Shown in pieces: positions 26,816 to 38,496 of a DNA stretch of 64,000 nucleotides (its first letter is position 1; each line of letters opens with the position of its first letter). Source of the stretch: Octopus vulgaris (taxonomy: Eukaryota); contig OX597814.1 of the NCBI GenBank assembly GCA_951406725.2, forward strand, positions 119,102,001 through 119,166,000. Reading direction: 5' to 3'. The notes below the pieces were generated by a model. That model saw nothing but the letters and a program-made list of their open reading frames with translations, searched no databases and was not told the origin of the DNA. The translations under genes were made by a program, and so were the position numbers.

Positions 26816-27474
26816 TTATATATATGTTGGGGGTATGTGCATCTGCGTAAATGTATGCACACACAGAAGCGCACATCCACATACACATCGGATATACAAT
26901 AGCGTCCCTTTGTCGTGGATTAACCATTCATAGAATTGAAGGAGCTAGCGCAAGTTCTAATGTAGTACACAAAATATATTTGTCACAGATGGCAAGCTTA
27001 CAAAACTATGGGCAATTTTACAAAATTGAAAGAAATAGCTAATGGCAGCTCTACAAATTTAAAAAAAAATATATACACACAACTATATCAAGCGTAAAAA
27101 CATATGTCATAATATCAAATCTACCAGGATCTTGTCACAATTTGAAATCCAGTTATGAGAACTTTATCAATCATAAATTTATTCCCAAGACTTTTGCAGC
27201 GTAAGACAGAACACGCAAGGGATTGCCATTGCAACAACTTAATTTGAAAATGTGATTGTGAAAATCACAAAATGTCATCATAATTCATTCGAGAACGTCA
27301 ATGTTGCAAAGCAAAATGAAGGTTTAATAAGGAAAAACGAACAAGCCTTAATAGAAAATATCAATTTGAAATGGTAAAATAATTTATATCTAGTGGTCAC
27401 ATTGTTTTGCATCATCCGACATTCTCATTGGGCTGAATGTTAATGGTTCTTGGCTCCTTCATGTTGCTGTTTGT

Positions 27475-27532
<58 letters not shown>

Positions 27533-27630
27533 ATAGTCATATGCCCGAGTGTTTTATAAGATCGCATCGCAATTACGAGGTCACGTGATCGATACTAGAC
27601 TTGGTATATTGGTGGTTATTTTCTATAGTT

Positions 27631-27933
27631 GTGGAGGCACATGGCCTAGTGATTAGAGCAGCGGACTCGCGGTCGAGGGATCGCGGGTTCGGATCTCAGA
27701 CCGGGCGATGTATGTGTTTATGAGCGAAACACCTAAGTTCCACGGGACTCCGGCAGAAGTTAATGGCTAACTTCTGCTGACACTTTCGCCACAACCTTTT
27801 CTTACTCTTTCCTTCTGCATCTTGCAGCTCACCTGCGACGGGCCGTTGTCCCGCCCAGGTGGGGAACCTATACGCCAAGGAAACCGGGAAACGGGCCGTA
27901 TGAGCAAGGCATAACTCGAGAAGGAATAAACAA
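27631..27933 (+). mobile_element. SINE family 3 with tRNA(Arg)-like head
   Basis: A box TGGCCTAGTGATT, anticodon-like loop CTCGCGG, B box GGTTCGGATC. An inverted copy lies at 31526-31780. Confidence 0.85.
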
Positions 27934-28819
27934 GTTTCAATAGTCATTTTCATTCATAGAGTATGAGTAACATTTGTTAGAATAATAATAGAAAACCTCA
28001 CGAAGGATAGAACTAGTCATTCGAAGGTACAGTTATATCATACTGCCCCACTGACGCTGACAGGGTTATATTTAGAGCATAGATGTGGTGGAGCATGTTC
28101 AACCACACTTTAATTCAATGAACAGAAAATTTAGTTAACTGGACAATGAACAATGGCATAGTCATCAGCGAAACTGACGGAGAATCACCATTTTATATAA
28201 TGTGTGCAGGTGTGTGTAGATATGAATGGGTATATATATATGTATATGCCCATATATATGTCTGTGCGTGCGTGTGTATGATTGTGTATGTTTTATATAT
28301 ATATATATATAGGTACTATAATTATGCACACGCACACACACACATAGACATCTCCCCTCCATACACACATATATACATGCATATACTTGTGTGTGCTGGT
28401 TATGCATGCGCTAATGACAATAGCCTAGAAGAGAACACAAACGAAATTCAGCTTTCGTTTAATCTACGCTACGTTGTAAAACCTGCCTAGTTTTTCCTCG
28501 AATCTTTATTATTAGTGATATATTTTGAACATAATAAACTGCACAATAATATTCCAGTTGCTCACAATCATTGGTGGAGGGTGAGAAGAAAGCAAATGGG
28601 TTTCTATGCCCTGTGAAGTGAATGAGGAATGACTAAATACTGAAAAACCAAAATATTCAATTATATTAATGGCACGTGCAAACAGAAATAACCATAGAGA
28701 CAACTCTTTTGAAAATAATGGGAAGTATGAAGACTTGTTTCTGACAATAGTTTTCTGTAGGTGTATTAATTTTTAGAATGCTGATGATATACATATATAT
28801 AGATACACGCACACACAAA

Positions 28820-28863
<44 letters not shown>

Positions 28864-29544
28864 CTGTGTGTGTACACGAACGCAGACACATAAACACATA
28901 TATATACATATTTATATATATATATGAAACAGTGTGTGTGCATATATATAGACATCTGTGTGTGTATTTTCTCTCTCGGCATTCTCGTTTGTTTATTTCT
29001 GCTGGGTGCCTTTCATTTCATTTCGTTTCGTTTATTATATTATAGTTTTTATATATATCATATATTTTTGTTCTTTTTTATTCCCCTATTATTTGTATAT
29101 AACTTCAATGCTTTTGTATTGTTTTCATATTCTTTTTATTTTCTTGATATACTTTTTAGTTCTTTCACTTTCTTTTTCTGCATATTCCGTTTGTCACTCG
29201 CTTCTACCTTGTTTAGAACACAAAAAGAAACACAAAGAATGAAATAGGAATATAAGCTACGACATGTAGTTAGGGAGAACATCAACTTCAAGTGGAACAA
29301 CCGACGTAAAAAAGACAAAAAAAACCAGAACATTTTATATATATATATATATATATGGACTGTGTGTGGGTGTGTTCTTGTAAATACAAATAAGTGAGGT
29401 ACTCTCTACATAAGGGAGAGCAAATTATAATATCCATAACAGTTGAATTAAGATTATCCTATCCCTAAAATCTTCAGTTGTTCCACTTGTTTATGTTACC
29501 ATTATAATTATTATTATCATTACTATCATTATCATCATAATTAA

Positions 29545-29715
29545 GGCGGTGAGCTAGTAGAAACGTTAGCACGCCGGGTGAAATGCTTAGCGGTATTTCG
29601 TCTGCCGTTACATTCTGAGTTCACATTTCACCTAGGTCAACTTTCTCTATCATACTTTCGGGGTCGATAAAAAAAGTACTGTGGTCGATGTAATTGACCA
29701 CAGAGTCCCCTCCGT
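29545..29715 (+). mobile_element. SINE family 2
   Basis: GGCGGTGAGCTAGTAGAAACGTTAGCACGCCGGG...TTCGGGGTCGATAAA matches the 11465 copy. Confidence 0.85.
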
Positions 29716-30051
29716 CTTTAGTAGAAAAAAATATTATTATTATTACTGATATTATTAATTCCACTTTATCACTCTTACAAAAAAACCTTGCAAATACACA
29801 CACTCACACACATGCAGTAATCACATCTGATCCTGTTAAAACATTTTCTCTTTGAGAAAAATCAAAACATGTTCAGTTGGAGGGAATGCTTGTGTTTGTT
29901 GAAAAGCCTCGCAGCGGGATTTTTGCCCTTGTCCTTAAAGGATAGGGATAAAAATTAATCCTTTAGAGATGGGTGCTTGTGCATCACTTCGTACCTTCTA
30001 CGAAACTCCTATTCTTGTTGCACGCTGTACTCAACTGATATTTATTGGGAA

Positions 30052-30092
<41 letters not shown>

Positions 30093-30190
30093 TATATACA
30101 TATATATATACAAATAATCCTATCAGGTGGTACTATTATGTTAGACATGCCCTGGACCAATCTTTGGTCGAAACATATCTAAGTTTACAG

Positions 30191-30236
<46 letters not shown>

Positions 30237-30237
<1 letters not shown>

Positions 30238-31050
30238 GCGAGCCAAAGAAATAATATTCTTAAGCCTATACATCTGGAAAAGTACAGGACAATTTATTGC
30301 ACTTAAAACAGTTCAGGGCAAGATATTACGTCTGGTAAAGTGCAGAACATTAAAATGTTTACTTAAAATGTTGCAGCTAAGGATAAAATTTCAAATTAAA
30401 TATTTAGATTTAGAAAATATTTGCTTTTATTTAAACTGAAGACTTTTTTTTACAAGTTATTGCTTCTATTTGTTATAACTTGTCACTCCTATGAACATTT
30501 TTTAAAAAATAACTCAAAATATATTTTGCACTTTAAAAAAAAAATTTTTTTTAATTATTAATTAATAATTAGATATTTGAAAATAGGTTATAAAAAATAA
30601 TAGTAGTACATAATTAGTACAATAAATCGAATAATACAAAATTTAGTTATATATTATAGTAAAATATGCCTATAACAACAAATTCATAGTAAAATTTGCT
30701 TGAGTTATTGCCTAAGTTATTGCCAAGTCTTCAAATTTTTAGTCTTGAACAATGCCTAGATTTTACATAATAAATTTGCCTACCATATATACTATTCTTC
30801 TCCACATAAAACTTTAGCTATATTGGTACTTCTGGCTCTCGTTTTTTAAGTATTTTAGTGTGTCCATATTATAAAAAATGGTGTTGCTTTTTCTAATTAT
30901 AATGTGACTTTGTAAATTAAAATCAATTTTTAATATTCAAATTATATTCTTAGCTGCAATATTTTAAGCAAAATATTTCTTGTTCTGTACTTTACCAGAT
31001 GTAATAACTTGTGCTGAAATTTTCCAGATTATTTCTCTTGCTCACATTTT
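30237..31050. mobile_element. Old MITE-like fold-back element with ~170-bp diverged TIRs
   Basis: TATTACGTCTGGTAAAGTGCAGAACA...TTAAAATGTTGCAGCTAAG pairs with CTTAGCTGCAATATTTTAAG...TGTTCTGTACTTTACCAGATGTAATA. Confidence 0.7.
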
Positions 31051-31370
31051 TCCATGAAATCCATGTTTTCTCCAAGCTATGCTATTATGCTAATTAATAA
31101 TGTGTGTCATATGTGTCAATTAGCTGTGTCATTGATAATTTGTTTTACCTCAATGATGCCTGTGACATACATTATAAGTCCCCTAGAACTATATTCATAA
31201 AAAAAGTATAGAACTATATTATCATTCTCAAATTTGAGAAAAAAACACTCATAACTTTTTTCTTTTAAAATTTTCTTGCACGAGACTGATAACATGAAAT
31301 TACTCAAATTGAGCTCTATCATGTAAGCTTAATTAAAATTTAGCTTATTTTAAAATAAAAAGGTTAATTG

Positions 31371-31450
31371 GGTGCAAGAATGGCATAGATGCAGGAATGG
31401 CAAAGGTGCAGGAGTGGCTGTGTGGTAAGTAGCTTGCTTACCAACCACAT
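31371..31450 (+). mobile_element. SINE family 1 head only, with triplicated first 17 bp
   Basis: GGTGCAGGAGTGGCTGTGTGGTAAGTAGCTTGCTTACCAACCACAT is preceded by two diverged copies of its start. Confidence 0.75.
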
Positions 31451-31525
31451 ATATATTACATGGAAATTGTATTTATGATTTATTATATGGTATTATTATA
31501 AGAATATGCTATAATATAAGATCAT

Positions 31526-31780
31526 GTTTTGTTTTGTTTGTTCCTTCTGGAGCCACGCCTGGCCCATTAGGGCCGGTTTCCCGGTTACCTTGGCGTATAG
31601 GTTCCCCACCTGGACCGGACGCCGGTCCGTCGCAGGTGAGCTGTAAGATGCAGGAGGAAAGAGTGAGAGAAAATTGTGGCGAAAGATTCAGCAGAAGTTC
31701 GCCATTACCATCTTCCGGAGCCGCTTAGGTGTTTCGCTCATAAACACACACATCGCCCGGACTGAGATTCGAACCAGCGA
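31526..31780 (-). mobile_element. SINE family 3, 5'-truncated
   Basis: Reverse complement of 27685-27933 (GGTTTCCCGGTT.CCTTGGCGTATAGGTTCCCCACCTGG...). Confidence 0.85.
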
Positions 31781-32082
31781 TTGTATATGCGCATGTGTAT
31801 GTGGGTGCTGTTATTCGTGCAAATTTATATATACTGCGAATATAGACAAATTTGTAATTCTCTTTTTTTCATATTTTTTGTGTGACCTACATTGTTATAA
31901 TTTGTTTAGCAATTATTAAAAAGTATATTCCAGCGATTCTCAAATTCTTTCATAGATGTGTCTTTTATCGCACAACCAGAAAACTCATTTTAATTCACCT
32001 CCTAGAACATCTGCCTGACCCCTTTGAATGATATTTTATCTTCCAAAGTGCCTTCTATGCAAAGGACGATTCTCAGCGCAAT

Positions 32083-32120
<38 letters not shown>

Positions 32121-32188
32121 CCAGTTCCAGCCTATGAGCTGTGGCCATGCTGGGGCACCGCCATTTGGTGTTGCTACTTGGTTTTACT

Positions 32189-35100
32189 TCATGGAGGCTT
32201 TCTAGCAACTGCTATTTGGTGCATGAGAGAGTTCGATGCAGCTGCCCTCATCTGCCCCTCCTGCCGTGAAGTTGGTTCATCTGGGACACCCGACAGGAAG
32301 AGATCCAGCTTCATTTTAAAGACATCTGTATCCACCCCATGCAGGTCTCTCAGGTTCTTCGGGAGGATATTGAAGAGCTGTGGGCCTCGGAAGCCCAGGC
32401 TATCACAGAATCTTGTCCTACATCTTGATGGCAGGTTTGGAGTCCTAGGCACCACGCAGTGGCGCCCAGTTCTGGCATTTGTGTAACTCTCGATGCCAAA
32501 GTTCAGGACACTTCCCTCCAGGATCTTCCAGATGTATATTATGGCATATCTTTCCCGCCTACGCTCCAGGGAGTATAGTTTTAATCTCTTGAGTCTTTCC
32601 CAGTAGCTTACATTCTGCATAGAGGCTATCTTCTTTGTGTAGCTTCGTTGGATCGCCTCAAGTTCTGTGATCAACTTGACACTGGATGGTGACCATAGCT
32701 GAGAGCAATAGTCAAAGTGGCTTAGGACAAGTGTCTTCCAGAGGACCATCATGGTTTCTTGTTCTCTTGTTCTAAAGGTTCTAAGAATCCAGCCAGCCAG
32801 CCGTCTACATTTCACTGTCAGTTTAGCAACATGTACATGAAAGGTCGCGTCATCACTCATGTGAATACCCAGGTCACGCACTGATTGTGCCTCTGGGATT
32901 GCAATCCCTCCGGGTCCAGTGTATTCATTGGGTATTGCATTCAGTTTTGCATGCTGATAGTATAAAGCTTGAAACTTTCCAGCATTGAACTGCATGCTAT
33001 TCTTTTCAGCCCACTTGTATATTTCGTCCAGCTCACATTGCAGGTTTTTAGTGTCCTCAGGGTTCTGTATTGCCTGTGAAACTTTTGTATCATCTGCATA
33101 ACTTGTGATCGTGGATCTCTGCGTGGCTGAGGGCATGTCTGAGAGGGCCATTATGAACAGTAGTGGTCCCAAAACAGTGCCCTGTGGAACACCACTCATT
33201 ATTTGCGTGTTAATGGAAGTGGCCCCATTGGCTACTACCACCTGACTTCTATTCTTCAGAAAGTCGTGAAGCCATTCTCCTAGTTTTCCAACTATGCCAA
33301 GATCACGCAGCCTGTGACATATCATTCCGTGATCGACTTTATCGAAGGCCTTTGCGAAGTCGAGATATATGACTTCCACATTTGAGTGGTTGAGCAGTTG
33401 TTTCAGCACCCAGTCATAGTGCTGCAGGAGCTGAGTTAAGCAGCTTCTTCCTGGTCGGAAACCATGTTGGGTGTCAGGCAGCAAGTCATTTTCTTCAAGG
33501 AAGGTGATTAGTTTCCTTCTGACTATTCGTTCCATGACCTTGCTGATGTGTGAGGTCAGAGAGATAGGTCTGTAGTTCTGTGCCTCCGCTCTGCTACCTC
33601 CTTTATGAATAGGGCATATTTTACCTTCCTTCAGTCCCCTTGGAAGTTTGCCAGCTGCAAGGAAGCTCTGAAAGAGGGACTGCAGTGGTCTTGCTAAGAC
33701 TCTCTTACATACTTTTAGGAGGATTGCCGGGAATCCATCGGGGCCAGTAGCTGAGTCTATTTTCATTTCATCTATAGCCTTTATTACATCGTCTTCCTTT
33801 ATCTCGATGTAACTTATCGTCGCCGCCTCTGATTCTATATCTGCAGTGGTAAAGAAGTCAGTTGGATTGCTGATTTGGAAATGCCCAAGGGGTGGAGTGA
33901 AAACACTCTTGAATTGTTCATTCAGTATTTCACTTACCCTCATTGGTTTTCCTGTGAGTGTGCCATCCTTTTCAAGGAGTGGCCCTATCCTACAGTGCAC
34001 TGTAGCCGTTTCTTTGGCATACCTGTAGAAAGCTCTGGGGTTAGTTTTTATGTTGTCTATAGCCCAGGCTTCTTTGTCTGCTCTTTCCTTCTCATGGGAA
34101 AGTTGCAGACAATTTTCAATTTCCAACAGTTTTATTTTCAGGCGGGACTTTTCACTACTTTCAATTTGTTTGTTTAGGCGATTTGAAATTTTTGTACGCC
34201 GTCTCATTAAAATTTTCCTCTCTCTGGGGATTTTGTTCTTGTGTACAGTGGCCTTTCTCTCTGGGACACATTTGTAGCATATGGCTTGCATTACAGACAT
34301 GAATTGTTGAAGTATCATGTCGATGTCCGGCGAGGAGAGACATTCAGGCCAGTTTTGTTTGAGGATCTCTTTCTCAATTTGTTTCCAGTTTGCCTTATTG
34401 AAGTTCAAGCTGGAAAGATTCTGAGGGTTTCTTGTAGGCTGCATGTCCGTGCTCTCTTTTGGCCCGTACATGGTCAGCTCTACCATGTTGTGATCCGAGA
34501 GTAGTGTCGGTGTCACTTTCACATTATGGATGAGATCCATATTATTTGTGAAGCAGAGATCCAGTGTGTTACCTGCTCTGGTTGGTTGCAGTATTACTTG
34601 CTCCATGTACAGGGTGTTGGCGAGGTTCAGGAGGGACCTCGCCTGTCCACGTTCACATCTTGTCATTCCTGGGAGAGAAAGGCCCTCGGGCCATCTGACA
34701 TTCGGTAGATTGAAGTCTCCCATGAGAAGTACACTTATGTGTTGTTCTAATGTGGTTAGAACTTCTTCTATTTTTAAAAGGCAGTCCTCGAACTTGCCCA
34801 TATGACTTGGGGCATCTGGAGGGCGATATGTAGCACACACAACTACATCAAGTTGCCTTATGTGTACAATTAGTGTGTCACACACCGAGTTTGAGTATGA
34901 CAAAAGGACCTGGGGTGTGAGGTCCCCACGGATGTACATAGCAACTCCTCCATGACTCCTTTCTTTCCTGTCGGTCCGTAGTACAACATACTGTGGTATG
35001 TGTAATTCCGCATCTGCTATGTCCGGTTTCAGATGCGTTTCTGTGAGTGCTATGCATAAGGCTTGATTGCATGCGACAAAGTCTCTCAGGAACGGGACTT

Positions 35101-35293
35101 TTGTCCTGTTACTGTGTGTTAGTAAACCTCTGATGTTCAGTAGGAGCATCGAGGTGAGGTGTATGCTGTTGCCGGCGTTGTCCACCCTGGGTCCATCTGC
35201 TGTGGCGGTCTTGTGAACTGTGGGCAGTTCCATCTGCGAGCCTGAGCCTGATGGAGCCAGGTTAGCTGCTGTACAATCTTTTGTGCCATGCAC
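32189..35293 (-). CDS. LINE A ORF2: APE endonuclease + reverse transcriptase (1034 codons, uninterrupted)
   Basis: Endonuclease motifs LLNIRG, LTETHL, YRPP, MGDFN, LDL and SDH. RT motifs NYRPISLTS, QHGFR, YLDFAKAFD, GVPQGTVLGPLLF and YADD. CR1-type C-terminal LYSLERRR. The listed start is GTG. Confidence 0.95.
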   Translation of the reverse strand: MHGTKDCTAANLAPSGSGSQMELPTVHKTATADGPRVDNAGNSIHLTSMLLLNIRGLLTHSNRTKVPFLRDFVACNQALCIALTETHLKPDIADAELHIPQYVVLRTDRKERSHGGVAMYIRGDLTPQVLLSYSNSVCDTLIVHIRQLDVVVCATYRPPDAPSHMGKFEDCLLKIEEVLTTLEQHISVLLMGDFNLPNVRWPEGLSLPGMTRCERGQARSLLNLANTLYMEQVILQPTRAGNTLDLCFTNNMDLIHNVKVTPTLLSDHNMVELTMYGPKESTDMQPTRNPQNLSSLNFNKANWKQIEKEILKQNWPECLSSPDIDMILQQFMSVMQAICYKCVPERKATVHKNKIPRERKILMRRRTKISNRLNKQIESSEKSRLKIKLLEIENCLQLSHEKERADKEAWAIDNIKTNPRAFYRYAKETATVHCRIGPLLEKDGTLTGKPMRVSEILNEQFKSVFTPPLGHFQISNPTDFFTTADIESEAATISYIEIKEDDVIKAIDEMKIDSATGPDGFPAILLKVCKRVLARPLQSLFQSFLAAGKLPRGLKEGKICPIHKGGSRAEAQNYRPISLTSHISKVMERIVRRKLITFLEENDLLPDTQHGFRPGRSCLTQLLQHYDWVLKQLLNHSNVEVIYLDFAKAFDKVDHGMICHRLRDLGIVGKLGEWLHDFLKNRSQVVVANGATSINTQIMSGVPQGTVLGPLLFIMALSDMPSATQRSTITSYADDTKVSQAIQNPEDTKNLQCELDEIYKWAEKNSMQFNAGKFQALYYQHAKLNAIPNEYTGPGGIAIPEAQSVRDLGIHMSDDATFHVHVAKLTVKCRRLAGWILRTFRTREQETMMVLWKTLVLSHFDYCSQLWSPSSVKLITELEAIQRSYTKKIASMQNVSYWERLKRLKLYSLERRRERYAIIYIWKILEGSVLNFGIESYTNARTGRHCVVPRTPNLPSRCRTRFCDSLGFRGPQLFNILPKNLRDLHGVDTDVFKMKLDLFLSGVPDEPTSRQEGQMRAAASNSLMHQIAVARKPP

Positions 35294-35446
35294 AAAAAAG
35301 ATTCCTGCTCAGCAGCTGCCCTTTCAACAACACGTTGGTGGTTTGTGGTACGCACCACATCTGCGTACCTCCGTTTTGGGGCAGGTGATGCCTGGTCCAT
35401 CCCATTTCCTTTCGGTGGTTGGTTTCTGTGGCAGGGTCCCGGATGT
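35137..35446 (-). pseudogene. C-terminal remnant of LINE A ORF1, overlapping ORF2
   Basis: EQESFLCMAQKIVQQL aligns with QENSFLAMLNMAKEI at the ORF1 C-terminus of LINE B. It overlaps ORF2 by ~157 nt, with ORF2 in the -1 frame. Confidence 0.7.
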
Positions 35447-36174
35447 GCAATATGTGCAATATGTTAGATGATGTTTTATTTTTTCGTCATGTCTCTTCTA
35501 AAATAACGTTGCTCTATCTAATTTATCTTTAATATAAGCCTGCAAAGTGATTCTTTGGTAATTACTACAGGAAACACCATGAAATTTGACGCAGAAACAC
35601 ATATATGCATCTACAAACACATAAACTTTATAACAGAAAGAAGAATTAATCTTTAACCATTGCAAACTACTATTGAGTACGTATATTTAAGTATACATAC
35701 TCTTAAGTATAAAGCTGAACTAAATAATCACAACTGTAATCTATATAAGATCACGCCTATAACTTTGGTAGGAAAAATACGTTTCTGCTAGCAAACGAAT
35801 TTAGAAATAATATGATTATTTTTAAAAAAAGTTTCTTTATCCACCGGCGTAGAATTAAATCAGTTTGAAAGTTTCTATGAGTAACTCTGCTGTCAAGAGG
35901 AAACGAAAAGGAAACATTAAACATAAGTACACTGACTTAAAATAAACTGTTGCTAATTAACGGTGAAATGCCAATTAGAAAGTGCCAGTAAGAAATAGCA
36001 TCAAACGAGGAAAAAATGTGTTTGCATAAAATGAAATACAGAACTGCATTCAAATACTACAGCATAAATGCTTCTTTGCTTACATATATACGCCACTCAT
36101 ATTCGCATTTACACGTCCTGTTACATGGATATAAACACATACACTCTCTATCTCTCTCTCACGTACACACACAG

Positions 36175-36254
<80 letters not shown>

Positions 36255-36327
36255 ATGTGTGTGTATTTATATATATATATATATGTATTTATTTGTGTGT
36301 ATACGTATTTATCTATATGTATTTATT

Positions 36328-36359
<32 letters not shown>

Positions 36360-36409
36360 CCAACATACGATCTCGTGTGTATATGTATATATATTTATAT
36401 GTATGTGAG

Positions 36410-36454
<45 letters not shown>

Positions 36455-37661
36455 TTTATTGTATATCCATGCGCGCGCACACACATGGACCTATACATAC
36501 AAAAATATATCCGTATAACTCGAATGTATCTTAATGTTTATGATATCCGAGAATTCCTATCCTGCAAAATGAAACTTTTCTGCACTGCATTGTTTGTTAG
36601 CTTAAACGTCATTGCATTTCCACAAAATGCTGGTGCCAACGTTGCGTCAATATCTCATATCAATATCTTCCTTTAGATAGTTTGACCTACGAGTTTAATT
36701 TTAATATTTAAGTGATTTCAAGTTAAATAGATCGGACATTCTTCTATTGAAAACCGGCAGTCTATTGACATCCATGTTTTCGATGGAATCACTATTTTCT
36801 AAACATTGCAATTGTTATTCTGCTAGTTTTTTTTCTTCCTTTTGTTACTATTTTATTATTAATATTTTTGTCGCTGTTATTGTTGTTGGTCAATTATTTT
36901 TATTTTATGAAATGTTCATATTTCAAAAATGAGACTAACATAAAATGATTTCTTTATTTGCAATGATGGCATAGAAAAATGGGAAATAAAGTGCTTATGC
37001 ATAATTTATAAACTTCCATTGACTTTTGAGTAGATCGTGCTTTAAAGGTTGATCAAATGCTGACGAACCATTTTTACAAACTAAATTGATTTCTCTTAAG
37101 AGAACGTATCCTCATTTTGGTAATGTGTAGCTGACAATTTTGATATTGTGCTCCAGACAGTTCCACTTAACTGTCTTGCATAGCTTAACATATGAAAATA
37201 ATGAGTGTGGGAGAAATAGACACAAACAAAATGAGGTAGCGTGAGTTGGTAGGGATGGAAAGTGTATTAACGTATGACGTTTTATTGATGACAAATGCAT
37301 TAGATAATCTAGAGATGTTACATCCAGTACATCATCATCAAACCTATTGACCTCTAACAGCGTTTCTTATGTCGTTTAGATATATTGGGAAACTTTATCG
37401 AACAATTCAAACTATCAAAAGTCTTTATGCTTCTTTGAGCTCATCTTTAATTCTCCTCCGTTCACCGCCTTCAAAACAATAATACGTTTCTTTGAAATAA
37501 CAAATACATACGTGTATAATGTTGACAGAATATTACTCTTAGCATAACATAGTGTTTGCAGATCATGTGAGCGAATAGAATATATATTTTAAAAGATATA
37601 TTATGTTTATTAATAATGTAATTTTAAAATTATGTGTTTATTGCCGTTATTTATTATTTTT

Positions 37662-37920
37662 TTCTCTAGTTTCAGTTCAGAGCTGCGGCCATGCTGATGC
37701 ACGGCCTTTTTGCTACACTGTTATTACTAAGAGCCTCCTATAATATGTGGCACTTGGTGAAGCATGGAATTTGATATAGCTACCCTCATTTGCACCTCTT
37801 GCCGTGAGGTAGGTTCATCTGGGACTCTCGACAGGAAGAGGTCCAGCTTTGATTTAAAAACCCCTACATCTACTTTGTGCCAGTTCCTCAGACTTTTTGG
37901 GAGAATATTAAAAAGCTGTT
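37662..37920 (-). mobile_element. Older 3'-terminal fragment of a LINE A-related element
   Basis: GCCGTGAGGTAGGTTCATCTGGGACTCTCGACAGGAAGAGGTCCAGCTT closely matches 32263-32310, and it carries the GCTGCGGCCATGCTG tail. Confidence 0.85.
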
Positions 37921-38496
37921 ATCCTAAAATGATAATGAAAATATTTGTGCAGTATATAAATACATATTCAAAAGGTTTCGCTTGTGATCGGATCTCAAGA
38001 AATAGGGAACAGAATTGTGATTTCATTATCCCCAAATGACTGTATTGAGATTCTTAAGGAAATCAAAATAAGTTACAGAGTTTTCGATGAAATTCAACAA
38101 CGAATTGAAGTATGAATATGTATATTATATTCGATCCTTTGACAATTATTACACATACACTCACCATATATAAAATACGCCAGAATATGCGTAACGAAAT
38201 CCAACGACAAAATTGTGCGGTGTTGGAGATTCAGACAATCACAAATATAATCAGTATAGTTCTGTAAACTTAATAAAACTAATTTCTTAATCAAAAATAC
38301 AATTAGCTGAGATTTTACAGATTGTAAATTCATTGTGTCAGACGCAATAACAACCACTATACATAGATTTCGATGGATATCTGTGTTCTATTAAATTGTA
38401 TCGCGAAACAATATTATTCAAACTTTAGATATAATTATCACTCTTCTTTGTTTCATTAACTTGCAAAGTAAATTAGTTGTTCTTAGTCTCATATTG

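Larger units (their letters stand above)
32086..35446 (-). mobile_element. CR1-group LINE A, 5'-truncated within ORF1, intact ORF2, (TCAA)n tail, 8-bp TSD GCAATATG
   Basis: APE+RT ORF, short structured 3' UTR and (ATTG)n at 32086-32120. GCAATATG occurs at 32078-32085 and at 35447-35454 / 35456-35463. Confidence 0.93.

Noticed and set aside
27631-27705. tRNA gene candidates (also at 980 and 56975)
   Set aside because: The A/B boxes are present but the acceptor stems are incomplete, and each continues into a repeated SINE body. They are SINE heads.
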